Source of the DNA: Octopus vulgaris | Taxonomy: Eukaryota | DNA length: 64,000 bases | Assembly: GCA_951406725.2 (NCBI GenBank) | Contig: OX597817.1 | Span: forward strand, 155,620,001 to 155,684,000 | Reading direction: 5' to 3' | Shown: positions 26,969 through 42,037 of the stretch, piece after piece | Position numbering within the stretch: position 1 is the first letter of the stretch | How the letters are laid out: each line of letters begins with the position of its first letter | Program-made: the position numbers and the translations under genes | Notes under the pieces: generated by a model | Databases searched by the model: none | What the model was told of the DNA's origin: nothing | What the model saw: the letters and a program-made list of their open reading frames with translations, nothing else

Positions 26969-28182
26969 GTGTGTGTGTGTATGTGCATACGTGCATGTGT
27001 GTGTGTATGTGCATACGTGCATGTCTGTGTGTGTGTGTGTGTGTTTGCGTTTGCATCTGTGTTTATCCCCTACCACTACTTGACAACCGGTGTTGGTGTT
27101 TTTACTTCTGTGCAACTTAGCAGTTTGGCAAAAGAGGTTGGTGGAATAAGTACCAGGAACAAAAAAATAAGTATTGGGGTCGATTAATTCTTCAAGATGG
27201 TTCCCCAGCATGTCTGCAGTCTAATGGTGGAAACAATTCAAAGATGAAAGATAAAAGATAGATGAAACATGTACCACCATCTAATATTTAAGCATTTTTT
27301 AAATGTCTTAATTTTTCTCAAAATGGTTTCCAGATTTCTAAGTTTCAAATTTTGGTGATTCCGCATTATATATCATTACAACTACTATTATATTTTTGGT
27401 TGTGTAGGATTTGGTTTCATTTTTGTTGCAGGACAAATGAACATCTTCATTCAGGAATTTCTCTTCCAATAATTTCCAAATAAATAATTGCACAACTGTT
27501 TACTTTTCATAATAGTTTTTTTTTAAGGAAGAAATGTCTTACTTTCAATAATGGTAGCTTCATAAGTGAACTAAATGCTTTTAATGATGATGTTGAGAAA
27601 TGAAAACAGTGCTCTATAAAAATGGTTTCAAATTTTGGAACAAGGCCTGCAATTTCAAGAGTAGGGATAAGTGGATTAAACTGTCCCCAGTACTCAACTG
27701 GTACTTATTTTATTGACCCCAAAAGGATGAAAGAAAAGTCAACCTCAGCAGAATTTGAACTCAGAATGTAAAGATAGATAAAATACCATTAAACATTTTG
27801 CCTGGCATGCTAATGATTCTGCCAGTTTGCTACCTTGATTGGTTTCAAATTTTGGTATAAGACCATGAATTTTAGGGAGAGGTCAGTCATTTACATCGAC
27901 CCCAGTACTCAACTGACATATTTTATTGACCCCAAAAGGATGAAAGGCAAAGTTAAGCTCAGCAGAATTTTAACTTAGAATGTAAAGATAGACAAAACGC
28001 CACTAAGCATTTTGCTCAGCAAGGTAACAGTTCTCCTAGCTTTCCCCCTTCTCGATGCTCCTTAATAATAACCTACTTAAAATCATTTATGTATTCTTTT
28101 TGGTTTGTGTTGTCACATTAGAACAAAGAGTCAAGTGTGGAGTTTGTTTATAATTCCATTTTTATTCTAGATTATTTTTTTC

Positions 28183-28482
28183 ATGGAGGCAATGACAAAT
28201 GACTGAGACCTTTGGCATTATACTGTGCTTAAGGAGAAGACCCATTAAGCCAAGTAAAAGCACAGTCATGGCAGATATTGGGATCATGCAAATAGCACTC
28301 GTGCCAGTGGCATATAAAAGCACCCGTTACACTCTCAGAGTGGTTGGCATTAGGAAGGGCATGCAGCCGTAGAAACCATGCCAAATCAGACTGGAGTCTG
28401 GTGCATCCTTCCAGCTTGCTAGCTCTAGTCAAACTGCCCAACCCATGACAGCACGGACAACGGATGTTAAATGATGATGATG
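28183..28482 (+). mobile_element. RTE LINE 3' end including ORF C-terminus
   Basis: EAMTND*DLWHYTVL..EKT precedes the family-D UTR and (GAT)n tail, linking family D to an RTE ORF end. Confidence 0.7.
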
Positions 28483-29049
28483 AACCTTTGGATTAAATGT
28501 TTGAGAAACAAATATTAAGGATCTGGCAAAAATTTTCTATTAAAAAATAAAACTGACCCCACCTGGCACCTGTGCAGGTGGCACGTAAAAAGCACCCACT
28601 ACACTCGTGGAGTGGTTGGCGTTAGGAAGGGCATCCAGCCGTAGAAACTCTGCCAGATCAGACTGGAGCCTGGAGCAGCCCCTGGCTTCCCAGACCCCGG
28701 TCGAACCGTCCAACCCGTGCTAGCGCGGAAAACGGACGTTAAACGATGATGATGATGATGATGTTAGTGAATTTGGTAGACAGAAACTGTTTGGAAGCCT
28801 GTTTGTTGTATATACGTATATAAGCTATGTGTGTTTGTCCCTCACCTGCCACTTGACAACTGGCGTGGGTTTGTTTATTCTTGCAAACTTAGCAGTTTGG
28901 CAAAAAAACTTAAGATCATTTAATAAAATAAAAGGAAATATTTTTTTTAATAAATTATATAGAAAATGATTTCAACATATTTTAAGATAAATATATTGTA
29001 CAGCAATAGATCGTAATGTTTTATATATATGCAATGCCATCATCATCAC

Positions 29050-29081
<32 letters not shown>

Positions 29082-30568
29082 CCATCATCATCATCATCAT
29101 CACCACCACCACCACCACCACCACCACCACGATAAAACATGTTAAATGATGATGATGATAATGATAATATAGCATATATAAAACATTATATTCTATTGCA
29201 ATGGGTTATTAAAACAAAATTTTGAGAAGCGTATGCTCTTGAAGCAGCTTATACACATAATCTGTAATACATAGCAATGTAATAAACTAAGTAAAGTTTG
29301 TCATTTTGCTGTTTCCATCTCATTGTTACATTTTATATCTGAATCCAGTTCATTGTGTTTATAAGATAATAAACAACCTTGAGGGATATTATCTTACAGG
29401 GACACACTTATGAAATGTAATGAATATTTAATGTATTATCATTATCATTATCATAGAAAAATGTGATATTATTATCGTAATTTAAACTCTTCATTACACA
29501 TCAGTTAACTTGAACAATAGATATGATCTATGCCATTCCGGATACAGTCTGCTCTGAACCTACAGGCTCATGAAGCTGGACCTTATCTGTGTTTTCAAGC
29601 CGTTTAAGCTCAGAATATAGGATGCTCCACTAAACAGCACAATCTATCACAAGGTTAACCCTAAGATGCCACCGGTCCTCTTTTATACTGAATCAATGTG
29701 AAGGGATGTGCCTTGTTCAAGGACATAAGTACACTGTCAATTTTGAGAATCAAACCCACAACTTAAGGATTTTTAACCCAACACCTTAACCACTAGGCCA
29801 CTCTTATCTTAACCATGAGCTACACATCATCACCATCCTGAATATGGCTACAAAAAAATAGGTAAGATTTAGTTCTTGAGAACAATTTGTACCTACAATT
29901 TTTAGGGTTAAAAATCAGTTAAAAATGTGTGCACTATACATGAATAAATACAGTACATTAAGTAATGGGTGAACCATCGAAGCTAAAGCCACAATCACTA
30001 CTAGCAGCTATTGAATATCTAAGAAGACTTGGTATACCACTTTACTTCTCAGAGGTGGTGATAAACGAAACTACATCTGGCAAATTACATTATCAAAAAG
30101 CACTCTGCATTAAGATATCTTGTCAGTTCTGCTCTTTGTCCTGTTGTTAAAGCCATTACCATGCCTGCTCATAAATCATAGTCTTTATAGAATTGGAGAC
30201 TCAGAACCTAGTAGAAAACCTCAGCTCTTTACAGAAGACCCGAAGTTGTTTGAGCCAAATATTAATAATATTAAAAAGCAATTGGACCTCATTAACTGAA
30301 AGTATGAAAAGTATCAAAATCAATTGAATACTTATTGGCCCACAGACTTTAAAATAAAATTTCCCAAGTTCAGGTGTGCATTTCTGGTTATATGACAAGG
30401 AAAAAGGCAACCAAATTAAAAATGCAACCAAATTAAAAATGCAACCAATCTTATACTGTTGTTCAGGACACTAAAAAGCTGGTCATTTATATCAATTTGG
30501 GAAGAAAAATACAGAAAGATGATATCTCTGGAACTATTGATGAGGAGATTACAAATCAATTACACAAA

Positions 30569-31690
30569 TGTTGCAGGGAATTAGTAATAATGGTACACCC
30601 CTCCCATATGATGAATAGAATAACCTAGTTACTATAAGTAGAGAGAAGTACATAAAGTACCAAAGTAGATAGTAGGTGTTGAGAGATAATTGTGTCTTAC
30701 TGGTTTTACTAAGTATACTGTATACCAAAGTGGGCGTTATAACAGTCCAATGTTTTAAGGATTATAACAGTGATGACGAGGATTTAAACAACTCACAAGG
30801 AATCAAGAAACTTGAAGAGGAGTTAGGAAACTTGCAAAGTTGATGTATGAATTTTATGAAAAATTATAGAAGTATGGAAAATTTGTTGGTAGGTTTGCTT
30901 GAGCTGCAAAAACAAAAACAACAATAATTGAGAGAACAACAACAACAGCAGATACAACTGCAAGAACAACAACAGAAGCAGTTGTCTGGATAGTCGGAAA
31001 AAGTGTTCTTAATAGACTATGTCGCGAACTCCATAACAGAGTTCAAATATGAACCTGACGAAGGAGTTACCTTTGAAGCATACTACTGAAGGTATGAGAA
31101 AATCTTCGAGAAGGAATGTTAAGATTGGGATGATGAGATGAAAACACACTTAATCTTGAGAAAAGTGGTGGCAACAGAGCATGAATGATACAGTAATTAT
31201 GTATTCCCAAGAAAACCTTCTGACATATAACTACAGCACGGTACCATCCCAGATCTAATGGACAAGGAGAACACTTTGTTGATACCTTCAAAAGAGCCTT
31301 GGAAAATTGAATAAGGAAGTCATGGATGAGGTAGCTCTACAACAATTTTTAAGAGTGTACCGCGTGACACCAAATCCAAATACACCTGCTGGATCACCAG
31401 CAGAGCTAATATTTGATAAACTGCTACCTGGCAAGAAAAGAAAACGTGCCAGGAAAGACATAGCAAGATTCTTTAAAGTTGGTAAAAAGGTGTTTATGAG
31501 GGCATACAAGAATGGAAAGCAGAGTTGGGAAGATGGTGTAATTACCAAATGCATAGGTAAAATGATGTATTGGTTAAAAAGTAGAAAATGCATACAAAAG
31601 AAAGACAGGGACCAAGTGAACTAAAGAAGTTGGAGGAACCAATGGAATGGTTGTATGATACGTTCCAAGTACCAATGCCACTTACTGGAC
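30569..31690 (+). mobile_element. Internally deleted Ty3/Gypsy (K02A2.6/Mag-like) retrotransposon
   Basis: Putative TG..CA LTR 30569-30769, PBS-like GTGATGACGAGG, gag (FKYEPDEGVTFEAYY..YEKIF) fused directly to integrase (YHPRSNGQGEHFVDTFKRAL, YRVTP..SPAEL). Confidence 0.8.
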
Positions 31691-31823
31691 TGATTTTGCT
31701 CTCTGATAATAACAATAAAAGAATGTCAACACCAGTAGTGAACTAATGAGGAGTTTGCAAATACTATACCCAGAATAACCTTAGATTTATATCTGAGATC
31801 ATTGAAGTTCTCGGTTGGGTAAC

Positions 31824-32177
31824 TGTTGTGGAGTGAACCGACACACCCACATGTGATGGTCAGTGGACTGGATGAGTCTTGTAAACAGATGAGTCGGTAG
31901 AGAGTTGAGGTTGAACTCTGAGAGCGTTAGTCTCGTTATTGATTCTGCATTGGAGTATTGGATTGTTATTGTGCAAACAGTCATAAGAAGATAACCAGCT
32001 CTTGTCATATTGCTTATTGTTATACAGTTATATTCGGCACTGTGATATATTGTTACACACACACTCACACATACACACACACACACACACCCACTCACAC
32101 ACACACACACTCACACACACACACACTCACACACACACACACACATCACATCACATATCATCACTGGTGATATAACA
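31824..32177. mobile_element. Solo LTR
   Basis: TGTT...AACA termini with exact 5-bp TSD GTAAC. Confidence 0.75.
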
Positions 32178-32611
32178 GTAACTAACTGTCTCAACAACAA
32201 TATTGAGAAATTGGGCTTCACTAAATCAGCATGGACACGACTAATTTGAAAATTATAATTATAAGTCACCAACGGAAGTGTAAAAAATATATAAACTCTT
32301 CTAGAAGTAATACATGACAAATGAGAGGTCAGCAACTTATTGCAGAACAAACCTGCACAGAGGATTTGTTTCTAGTGATCAAATATTTGTGCTGTATATT
32401 AGTTCACTCTCTCCAGAAAATTGACATTGTCTATCTAGGTGCACAGTACACTTCACATCAGATTTTGATGGGATTCAGAACAATGTGAAATGAAGTGTTT
32501 TGCTCAAGAACACACATCATCTAATCCGGTAATTGAAACCATGATCTTGTGATTGTGAGTGCAGTACTTTTCACCATTAGGCCATGCAACCACAACATAT
32601 ATATATATATA

Positions 32612-33890
32612 TTAGGTTATCAAGTATGAAATTTGTAGTAAGGTATATGGTAAAATTTGAGAGCTGCTCATTTTGCGCCATTATTATATTTTAACAATCT
32701 TTATTTTTTGTTAGAAAGTTGACACATCTATTTCTTTATTCTAACTCTTTTTGTGCTTTATAAAGTATTTATAAATCGCTTTTTGCTATTTTTGTTTAGA
32801 GATGGATAAGTCGGAAATTCATACAGTTTTGAAATATGAGTTCTTTCTTGGAAATACAGCATCACAGACAGCTCAGAATATTAATGGAGTATTTCATTCT
32901 AATGTTATTACACAGCAGACAGTATCAAATTGGTTTGCAAAATTTCGTTCTGGTGACTTTGATCTCACAAATGAGCAATGCAGTCAACCAAAAATAAAGG
33001 CGGATAATGACAAACTGAAAGCCACTGTCAAGTCAGATCCATCTCAAAGTACCTATGAATTATCGTTGTTATTTGGTGTTAACAAGCAAACAATATTGAC
33101 TCACCTAGTTCAAATTGGTAACATGAAAAAGTTGGCTAAGTGGGTTCTACATGAACTCAATGAAATCAGAAACAGCAATGTTCGGAAGCCTGCATTATGC
33201 TACTTTCTTGTCACAAAAATTAATCATTTTTGAATCGAATTGTAACATGTGATAAGAAATAGATCCAATACAACAACCGTAAATGTTCAGCACAATGGTT
33301 GGACAATGATCAGCCACCAAAACACAGTCCCAAAAGCAAAATTCTTCAAGGGAAGTTGATGGTGTGTGTTTGGTGGTCTGGTGCAGGTGTGATCCATTAT
33401 GATTTCATTAAACCTGGCTCATCAATCACTGCTGAAGTATATTGCAACAAACTGGACCAAATGATGTAGAAACTTACAAAAAGACAGCCTAGATTAGTCA
33501 ACAGATCCACTCCTATTTTATTGCAAGACAATATCAGACCACACATTGCAGAAATGACATTGGCAAAACTACAGGAGTGGGAGTTGGAAGTTCTCCATCA
33601 TCCACCATACTCACCTGATCTTTTCCCCATTGACTTTTTCCAAAATTTGGATAACTTTTTTATAGGAAAAAATTTAATTCCAATGATGCTGTAAAACAGA
33701 CCTTCCAAGATTTTATTGACTCTAGATTGCCAGGCTTTTACAGTTCCAAGCTGGACAAGCTACTGCTTAAATAGCAAAAGTGTATTGAAAATACGGGTGC
33801 ATACTTTGATGAATAAAACTCTTCCTTGTGTTTATAAAACATTAGCAAACATTTTTGTCTTTTCTACAGAGTTCATACTTGATGACCTAA
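32612..33890 (+). mobile_element. Full-length mariner transposon (1279 bp)
   Basis: TTAGGT(T/C)ATCAAGTATGAA TIRs, TA TSD in (TA)n. Confidence 0.92.
32802..33816 (+). pseudogene. Mariner (Hsmar1/Mos1-like) transposase pseudogene
   Basis: HTH, WVLHEL (WVPHEL), IVTCD, LLQDN, HPPYSPDL, GAYFDE*; frameshifts and stops. Confidence 0.92.
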
Positions 33891-34514
33891 TATATATACT
33901 TGAGGGAAGAATAAAAAAAAAGGTGTATTATTTGATGCTCAAGAAAAATGGAAAAGTCTTTAATGTTTTGAGCATATGCTCATTGACAGAAAGGAGCAGG
34001 GAAAGGAAACGGAGAAAGAAAAAAATGGAGAGAGAAAAAGAAAACATCTGGATTAATGGTTTCCCATGTAGAATTATATATATATATATATATATATACA
34101 AATTGAGATAGGGGTTGTAAATGCAACCCTCCATGGGATAACATATATCCAATATACTGCTAGTGACGTACCCAACAAAGTTAATACATAAATGTTAATG
34201 ATTGCGATGCAATCAATTCATTTACTGTATTATATGGGCAAAGGTAAAATGATTTACCACAAATTACTAATACAAGATAAGAAAATGGAGAAATAAATCT
34301 AAATCAAATATCAATTACCAGATAATACTCAATCACATACTTTATTAAACCACCACATAAGAGACTGTAGGGTTAAATATAAAAAGCAGAACAAATCAGT
34401 GTACATAAAGGAATGTACATAAAAAAGTGTACATAAAAGAGTAATGTTGTATAATAAGTAGAATATATATAAAAGAGAATATAAATATAAGTAAATATAA
34501 ATATAAGTATAGGT

Positions 34515-34650
34515 TACATCTTACAGCTGTTTCGGCCATGTAGATAAGTATGTCTCATTTTACCAATATTAGCCCTTTATGGTTGGTCAATATATAGATA
34601 TAAATGAGACATTTACAAAAATATCATAAGACCTCTTCGGAGATTATGTA
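34515..34650 (-). ncRNA. Type-I hammerhead with core mutation (CCGAAGA) in PLE-like fragment
   Basis: aucu-CCGAAGA-gguc...ggcc-GAAAC-agcu-GUA-agau; stems I and II intact. Confidence 0.6.
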
Positions 34651-35710
34651 ATATAAATCAGTCTACATATATACCCACATGGGTGTGGGTGCATACCCAT
34701 AATACATATACATATACATATGAGTGCATATACTCACACTCCTATACATATAAAAATATACATATACATAATGATATAAATAAATAATATAAATTAGTAA
34801 ACATATATATGTGTTCCACATTCAATGTTTCAGTTTTTTGACTTAATATTGTGATAATAAACATACACAAATTAGTACCTAGATGCAAATATACATAGTC
34901 AATAGTACATTATATTACTTCATAATAATTTCTAAAGTGTTATTAAAGTTAGCATCATTATCGTTGTCAATACCATTAATGTTACTATTATTATCATTCA
35001 TAATATTATTAATAACGCTTACATTATGATCCAGAGCGGTATATATATATGTCTGGGTTCAAGTTAGTAATTTTCCTTATGACATAAATACACTATTGGA
35101 TTTGAATTTAAAATTATTATTGTGTTGCATTTGTTAAATAATTGTAAACTGTAACCCTCCTCCTTTCGGAGAAGGGGCTTTGGTTATTGTTTAAAAATTG
35201 AATTGTGTCCCTGTTTGGGAAAATTGACAAAATTTTCACCGTCTTTACTGATGCATTTTTGTTAAAATGCCTTCGATAGAAGAAAGTCTAAAAATGAATT
35301 TTGCTGCAGCCGTACACTTCTATACAAGAGGGAGGACAAGATCCAATTGATCGAAATTGCAAGAGACGGGCCTATAATTCCAGTCTGTTATATATTTTGA
35401 GTATCGTTATCACTAGCGATATCAAGATATAACTTTGTATTTTGTATTTTATGTGTAGATGTATATATATAGATGTACATGTAATATGTACACATATATA
35501 TATACACATATATACATGCATAATATATCTACCCATACACACATACGCACACACACACACACATACATAGGGGCAGGTGTGGCTGTGTGGTAACAAACTA
35601 CGTTCCAAACACATGGTCCTGGGTTCATGTACATATATACATACATACATCCATACATGCATACATGTGTGTGTGTGTGTATGTATGTGTATTAATGTGT
35701 GTGTGTGTTA

Positions 35711-36202
<492 letters not shown>

Positions 36203-36828
36203 ACACACACACATATCTATATATATATACATATATATATATATCTTTATATACATATATGTTTATGAGGGATATTTGAAAACAGTTTTATCAAACAATA
36301 AATAAGTCAGTGCACACACTTCTATATTGCTACCTTACAAGGAATCCAAGTGTTTTAAGGATTAATTCAAGATGTGTATTTCATTTTCAGGTGGTAAAGC
36401 AAATCAGAGGAGACAAAAGGGCAAAGTGTTATCTTTGCAACTCAGAAGAACTTCCTGCAAAGACAGCTTGTTAAATCAATTCAGGATTACTATGACCTGT
36501 ATGTATGTAGTTTGATAAGCACTCTTTTGTGTGTGTGTGTGTGGTGTGTGTGTGTGTGTGTGTATGTGTGTGTTTGTGTATGCTTAGGTGTGTATGTATT
36601 TCTTTCATTTCTTTCAGTTACTGGACTGTGGTCATGCTGGAGCATCGAACAAGTTGATCTCAGTACTTATTTTTTTGAAGTTTGGTCCTTATTCTGTTGG
36701 TCACTTATACTGAGTCTCTAAGTTACCAGGATTTAAACAAGCCAACACCAGTTGTCAAGCAGTGGTTGTGGACAAACAAAGACTTGTGTACACACATGCA
36801 CCCCCCACCACACGCACTCATGCACACG

Positions 36829-36875
<47 letters not shown>

Positions 36876-38397
36876 CAGGTTTCCACACATTTTCTGTCTA
36901 CCAAATTCACTCGTATGGATCATCATCATCATCATTGTCATTTAACGTCCGTTTTCCATACTGGCATAGGTTAGACAGTTTGACTGGAAGTGATAAGCTG
37001 AGAGCTGCACCAGATTCCTGTCTGATTTGGCTTGGTTTCTACAGCTTGATGCCCTTCCTAACACCAAACACGCCAAGAGTGTAATGGGTGCTTTTACGTG
37101 CGTGCCACTTGTATGAGTGCCATATGCATTGCACTGGCAACGGTCATAACTATGGTTTCATAGGTGCCATTTATATGAAATTGACAATGGCTGCAACTAC
37201 AATTTTACTTAGCTTGACAAGTCTTTTCAGTCACTTGTCATCAGCTACCTGAAGCCAATATTTGAAGATCACGCTTCACCACCTTACCCATTGGCCCTAT
37301 TGGGCCCAACACGCAAAACCGGTAAAGGCCATGACTACAACTTCACTTGGCTTGACAAGTCCTCTGAAGCACAGCATATTGGCAAAGGTCTCGGTTACTT
37401 TTCATCGCCTCCATGAGGCCCAACATTTGAATATTTATATTTTTGGTGTGGTGTTTTCAGTCTGACAAAGGCTTGTGATGTAATGGTTTAGGCGTTAGGC
37501 TCACAATTGCTCGGTCATGGATTCAATTCCCAGAAAGAGCAACTCATTGTATCCTTGAGAAAGAGAGATACTTCATGACATTTTTCTCCATCTAAAATTT
37601 TGTTACTATATTTCTGTTGAGATACACTTATTATTTTAATCAATTCTTGAAATAATGAGGAATTTAGTAAACTAACTTTGTCTTTATTAAGCGGGTGATT
37701 GTACATAAATTAACATGAAATTTCGGTGGAAGGTTTTAATTTCAATCACTTTTAAACAGGAACTTGTAGGTTGATATTAAAAAGGTTTATTTTTCTTTCT
37801 TTTTTTTTTTTTGTTATCTCACTGATTCATCTTTGCCAATGTACATCAATAAAAGATATACACTTTATACACTTACACAAAAATATGCACGTGTTCATAC
37901 ATACACACAGGTATATATACACACACATCATCATCATCAACAAAATTTTATATCCACTTTTCTATGCTGGCATGGGTGGTTGTATGATTTTTCTGAGTTA
38001 AGATAAATAATTCATAGAGGCCACTGGCACATAATTGAACAACAAAAAACAAATATGGATATTTTAAATACTATACAAAATAAGTTCTTGATTTATAGAA
38101 ATTATGCTATTTTCCAGAGAATATATATCTATAATAACAATCAATGGGGAAAAAAGATCACTGTATCTTTATACTGCCATCTTTATTCTTTCAATTGTTT
38201 TATTTTATATTCTGAAACAGATAAACTATTCTTATAATCAGTACATTTCCAGGATTTTTAGTTTGTACAGAACACTCTTGAATTAACTGGATGATTTTCT
38301 CTCTCTCTCTCTCTCTTTGCATGTATAAAGCATGAAGTGGTGATATTTTTGCCTGGATTTCATGAATGTCCCTTTTTTAATATATATATGTGTATAT

Positions 38398-38614
38398 ACT
38401 CTTTACTCTTTACTCTTTTACTTGTTTCAGTCATTTGACTGCGGCCATGCTGGAGCACCGCCTTTTAGTCGAGCAAATCGACCCCGGAACTTATTCTTTG
38501 TAAGCCCAGTACTTATTCTATCGGTCTCTTTTGCCGAACCGCTAAGTGACGGGGATGTAAACACACCAGCATCGGTTGTCAAGCAATGCTAGGGGGACAA
38601 ACACAGACACACAA

Positions 38615-38651
<37 letters not shown>

Positions 38652-38824
38652 CATATATACGACAGGCTTCTTTCAGTTTCCGTCTACCAAATCCACTCAC
38701 AAGGCATTGGTCGGCCCGGGGCTATAGCAGAAGACACTTGCCCAAGATGCCACGCAGTGGGACTGAACCCGGAACCATGTGGTTGGTTAGCAAGCTACTT
38801 ACCACACAGCCACTCCTGCGCCTA
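38398..38824 (-). mobile_element. SINE family B, full length
   Basis: Near-identical to 15475-15898. Confidence 0.9.
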
Positions 38825-39149
38825 TGTGTGTGTATATATATATATATATATGTATCTTAATGGGGAAGGCTTGTTTATGTGATTGAAATGTACACTGCGC
38901 TACATCTTAGAGAGTGCTTCTCCTCTGGATTTATGTTTCCTACAAATGATATATATATATAAGCTGTTATAAGGCTTATCTTCTTTTCATTTTTGGTGAA
39001 TGGTGAACCCTGCACTTTCTAGACAGATGATACCAAGTTTTTATAAGCACTGAAATTGTAATGACTCTGGATAATTGACTTATTAAACGGGCTTATCCAT
39101 TTCTGTTTTTTCTACTTTCTTTTAATTGTTGTGCATGATGTTCAAAATT

Positions 39150-39205
<56 letters not shown>

Positions 39206-40486
39206 ATTCACATATTCTATCACCATTTTTGGTGAATGGACTTAACATGCTAGGGCATTGCTTTCAAGAGCTATTTTAATCATATCCACCCCAACATTTA
39301 TTCCAATCTGTTATTTATTATATTGATCTCTGTTTATTCAGTGAACTCGAAAACAACATCTTTCTACCAATTTCTCTTCATAAAGTATTGTTGAGCCCAT
39401 ATCAATAGTGTAAAAGTTATTTCTTCATAGCACCTTGTAGTGGGACTGAACAGGAAGCCACATGGTTTGGGTATTTAAACTTCATATCCACAGAGCCACA
39501 CCTGCAACTCTCTCTCTCTCTCTGTATGTGTGTGTGAACTAAGAATTGATAAAACCTTACATTAATAAAGAACTCAACACCAGATACACTGATCATGTAG
39601 AATCAAAGACAAAATTAAGAGTTCAAATTATCTCAGAGATATCTTTGTTTCTTAGATAAATCATAATTCTTGTCTAATCATCAGAGATTATCATTTATAT
39701 ATTTTTCTAATGGACTTTTGATAAAGCCTATCTTATCACAACATTTTAAAATCTGAATTTGAAAAGTATTACAATATTTTTCAAATTCAGATTTTGTTAT
39801 GTTGTGATAGAAATGTTTACATGTGGACTTTATCAAAAGTCCATTAGTAAAATAAATGATAATTGCCTGATTAAACGAGAATTTTTTTTTTTATGTATTA
39901 TCATCATCATCATCATTGTCGTTGTTGTCATTGTTATCATCATCATCATCAGCATCATCATCATCATCAGCACCATCATCATCATCTCATCATCGTCATC
40001 AAAACATTTGTTGCTGCCACCTCTGTTGTCATTGCCATCTTCATCAGTACCACAGCCACTGCCACCACCACCACCACCATCGCCATTGTCATCATCATTC
40101 TCATCTCTATTATTTTTTATCATGCTGACATGGTTGACTGAAATTTATTGAAACATTATTCTAGTTTTCTAAGACTGGATGTCTTTCCTGTAGCCAACTC
40201 TTACTTGTTTTTCAAGTAAAGTATTATTATTCTAATAGACTTCACATGCTCAAAACCACTGATGAGCTATAGGACATAGTTACAAGACAGGTAAACAGGC
40301 ACCAATTTCACTCAAGCAAAGACACTCATACAAAGACAGGTAGGAACTAAAATTCAATGTGGTATTTCTCTAAGCTATATACATATATATGTGTGCATTC
40401 TTATATATATATATCTAAAATGAAGATATTTTATCCCACATGGGTAGAAATATAGGAAAAATAAAAGTAGAAAATGCACTGAGAAT

Positions 40487-40656
40487 AGGCACAGGAGTGG
40501 CTGTGTGGTAAGTAGCTTGCTTACCAACCACATTGTTCCAGGTTCAGTCCCAGAGCGTGGCACCTTGGGCAAGTGTCTTCTACTATAGCCTCGGTCCGAC
40601 CAAAGCCTTGTGAGTTGATTTGGTAGACGGAAACTGAAACAAGCCTGTCGTATATA

Positions 40657-40695
<39 letters not shown>

Positions 40696-40903
40696 ATACG
40701 TTTGTGTGTCTGTGTTTGCTTGACAACCAATGCTGGTGTGTTTATGTCCCCGTCACTTAGTGGTTCGGCAAGATAGACCAATAGAATAAGTACTAGGCTT
40801 ACAAAGAATAAGTCCTGGGGTCGATTTGCTCAACTAAAGGTGGTGCTCCAGCATGGCCGCAGTCAAATGACTGAAACAAATAAAAGGATAAAAGAATAAA
40901 AGA
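40487..40903 (+). mobile_element. SINE family B
   Basis: Homology, with small internal deletion. Confidence 0.9.
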
Positions 40904-40914
40904 ATATTCAAAGA

Positions 40915-40951
40915 TTTAACCGGTTTCACAGTTTACACTGATTTTCAAAAA
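40915..40951 (-). ncRNA. Degenerate U3-A8 variant hammerhead
   Basis: uuu-UUGAAAA-ucag uguaaa cugu-GAAAC-cg-GUU-aaa. Confidence 0.4.
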
Positions 40952-40976
40952 GTTGAAGTAGAAAGACATGGCTTAC

Positions 40977-41073
40977 CTTACAACTGTCTTGCTTCTGACT
41001 AGTGTTTGGAGTTTGCCCTATTTCTAGAAGGAGTTCATGGCTCAAATTATTATTTGTTTTGAATAGGACTTCA
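40977..41073 (-). CDS. Candidate internal exon (EVLFKTNNNLSHELLLEIGQTPNTSQKQDSCK)
   Basis: cctctcccag acceptor, AAG|gtaagc donor, 97 nt open in unique sequence. Confidence 0.25.
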
Positions 41074-41207
41074 CTGGGAGAGGATAGTCACATAACTGGT
41101 TTTAGAAATTTTTGTAGGTTCCCTGATGCATCTGTGTGTTATTATCAAGTGACAAATTAAGGCTGATATGGTTGACTGAACATGTCTAGTGACATATGTA
41201 TATATGT

Positions 41208-41585
41208 GGTGGAAGCACTCCGTCGGTTATGACGATGAGGGTTCCGGTTGATCCGAATCAATGGAACAGCTTGCTCGTGAAATTAACGTGTAAGTGGCTG
41301 AGCACTCACAGACACGTGTACCCTTAACGTAGTTCTCGGGGATATTCAGCGTGACACAGAGAGTGACAAGGCCGGCCCTTTGAAATACAGGTACAACAGA
41401 AACAGGAAGTAAGAGTGAGAGAAAGTTGTGGTGAAAGAGTACAGCAGGGATCACCACCATCCCCTGCCGGAGCCTCGTGGAGCTTTAGGTGTTTTCGCTC
41501 AATAAACACTCACAACGCCCGGTCTGGGAATCGATCCTATGACCGAGAGTCCGCTGCCCTAACCACTGGGCCATTGTGCCTCCAC
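41208..41585 (-). mobile_element. SINE head A + tail 1 (OR1-like)
   Basis: Near-identical to 3375-3758. Confidence 0.9.
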
Positions 41586-41609
41586 TGTGTATATATGTAT
41601 ACACACGCT

Positions 41610-41697
<88 letters not shown>

Positions 41698-41924
41698 GTC
41701 ATCAGCAGCAGCAGCATCATTTTAACATCCACTTTCGCATGTCCACTTTTCAATACTTGCATAGGTCAGATAGAGTTTGTTAATGTAGATTTTCTACAGC
41801 CAGATGCCCATCCTCTTGCCAATATGCACACACACATATGTATGTATGTATGTATGCATGTATATATATGTGTGTATGTATGTATGTTTGTATATATATG
41901 TGTATATATGTGTGTGTGTGTGTG

Positions 41925-42005
<81 letters not shown>

Positions 42006-42037
42006 CATATATGTATATATATACGTATATATATATT

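Larger units (their letters stand above)
29965..32305 (+). mobile_element. Second fragmented R4-like LINE
   Basis: LSVLLFVLLLKPL and FTEDPKLF..KKQLDL (RT), then ELMRSLQILYPE..IIEVLGWV|TNCLNNNIEKLGF (C-terminus split by a solo LTR). Confidence 0.65.

Noticed and set aside
35100-35420. Possible Penelope RT/GIY-YIG remnant near the HHR at 34515
   Set aside because: No diagnostic motif could be read; PLE assignments in this window rest on HHR and repeat architecture only
36391-36498. Plus-strand exon-like segment after a strong acceptor
   Set aside because: Weak donor, no compatible partner exons, peptide unrecognisable
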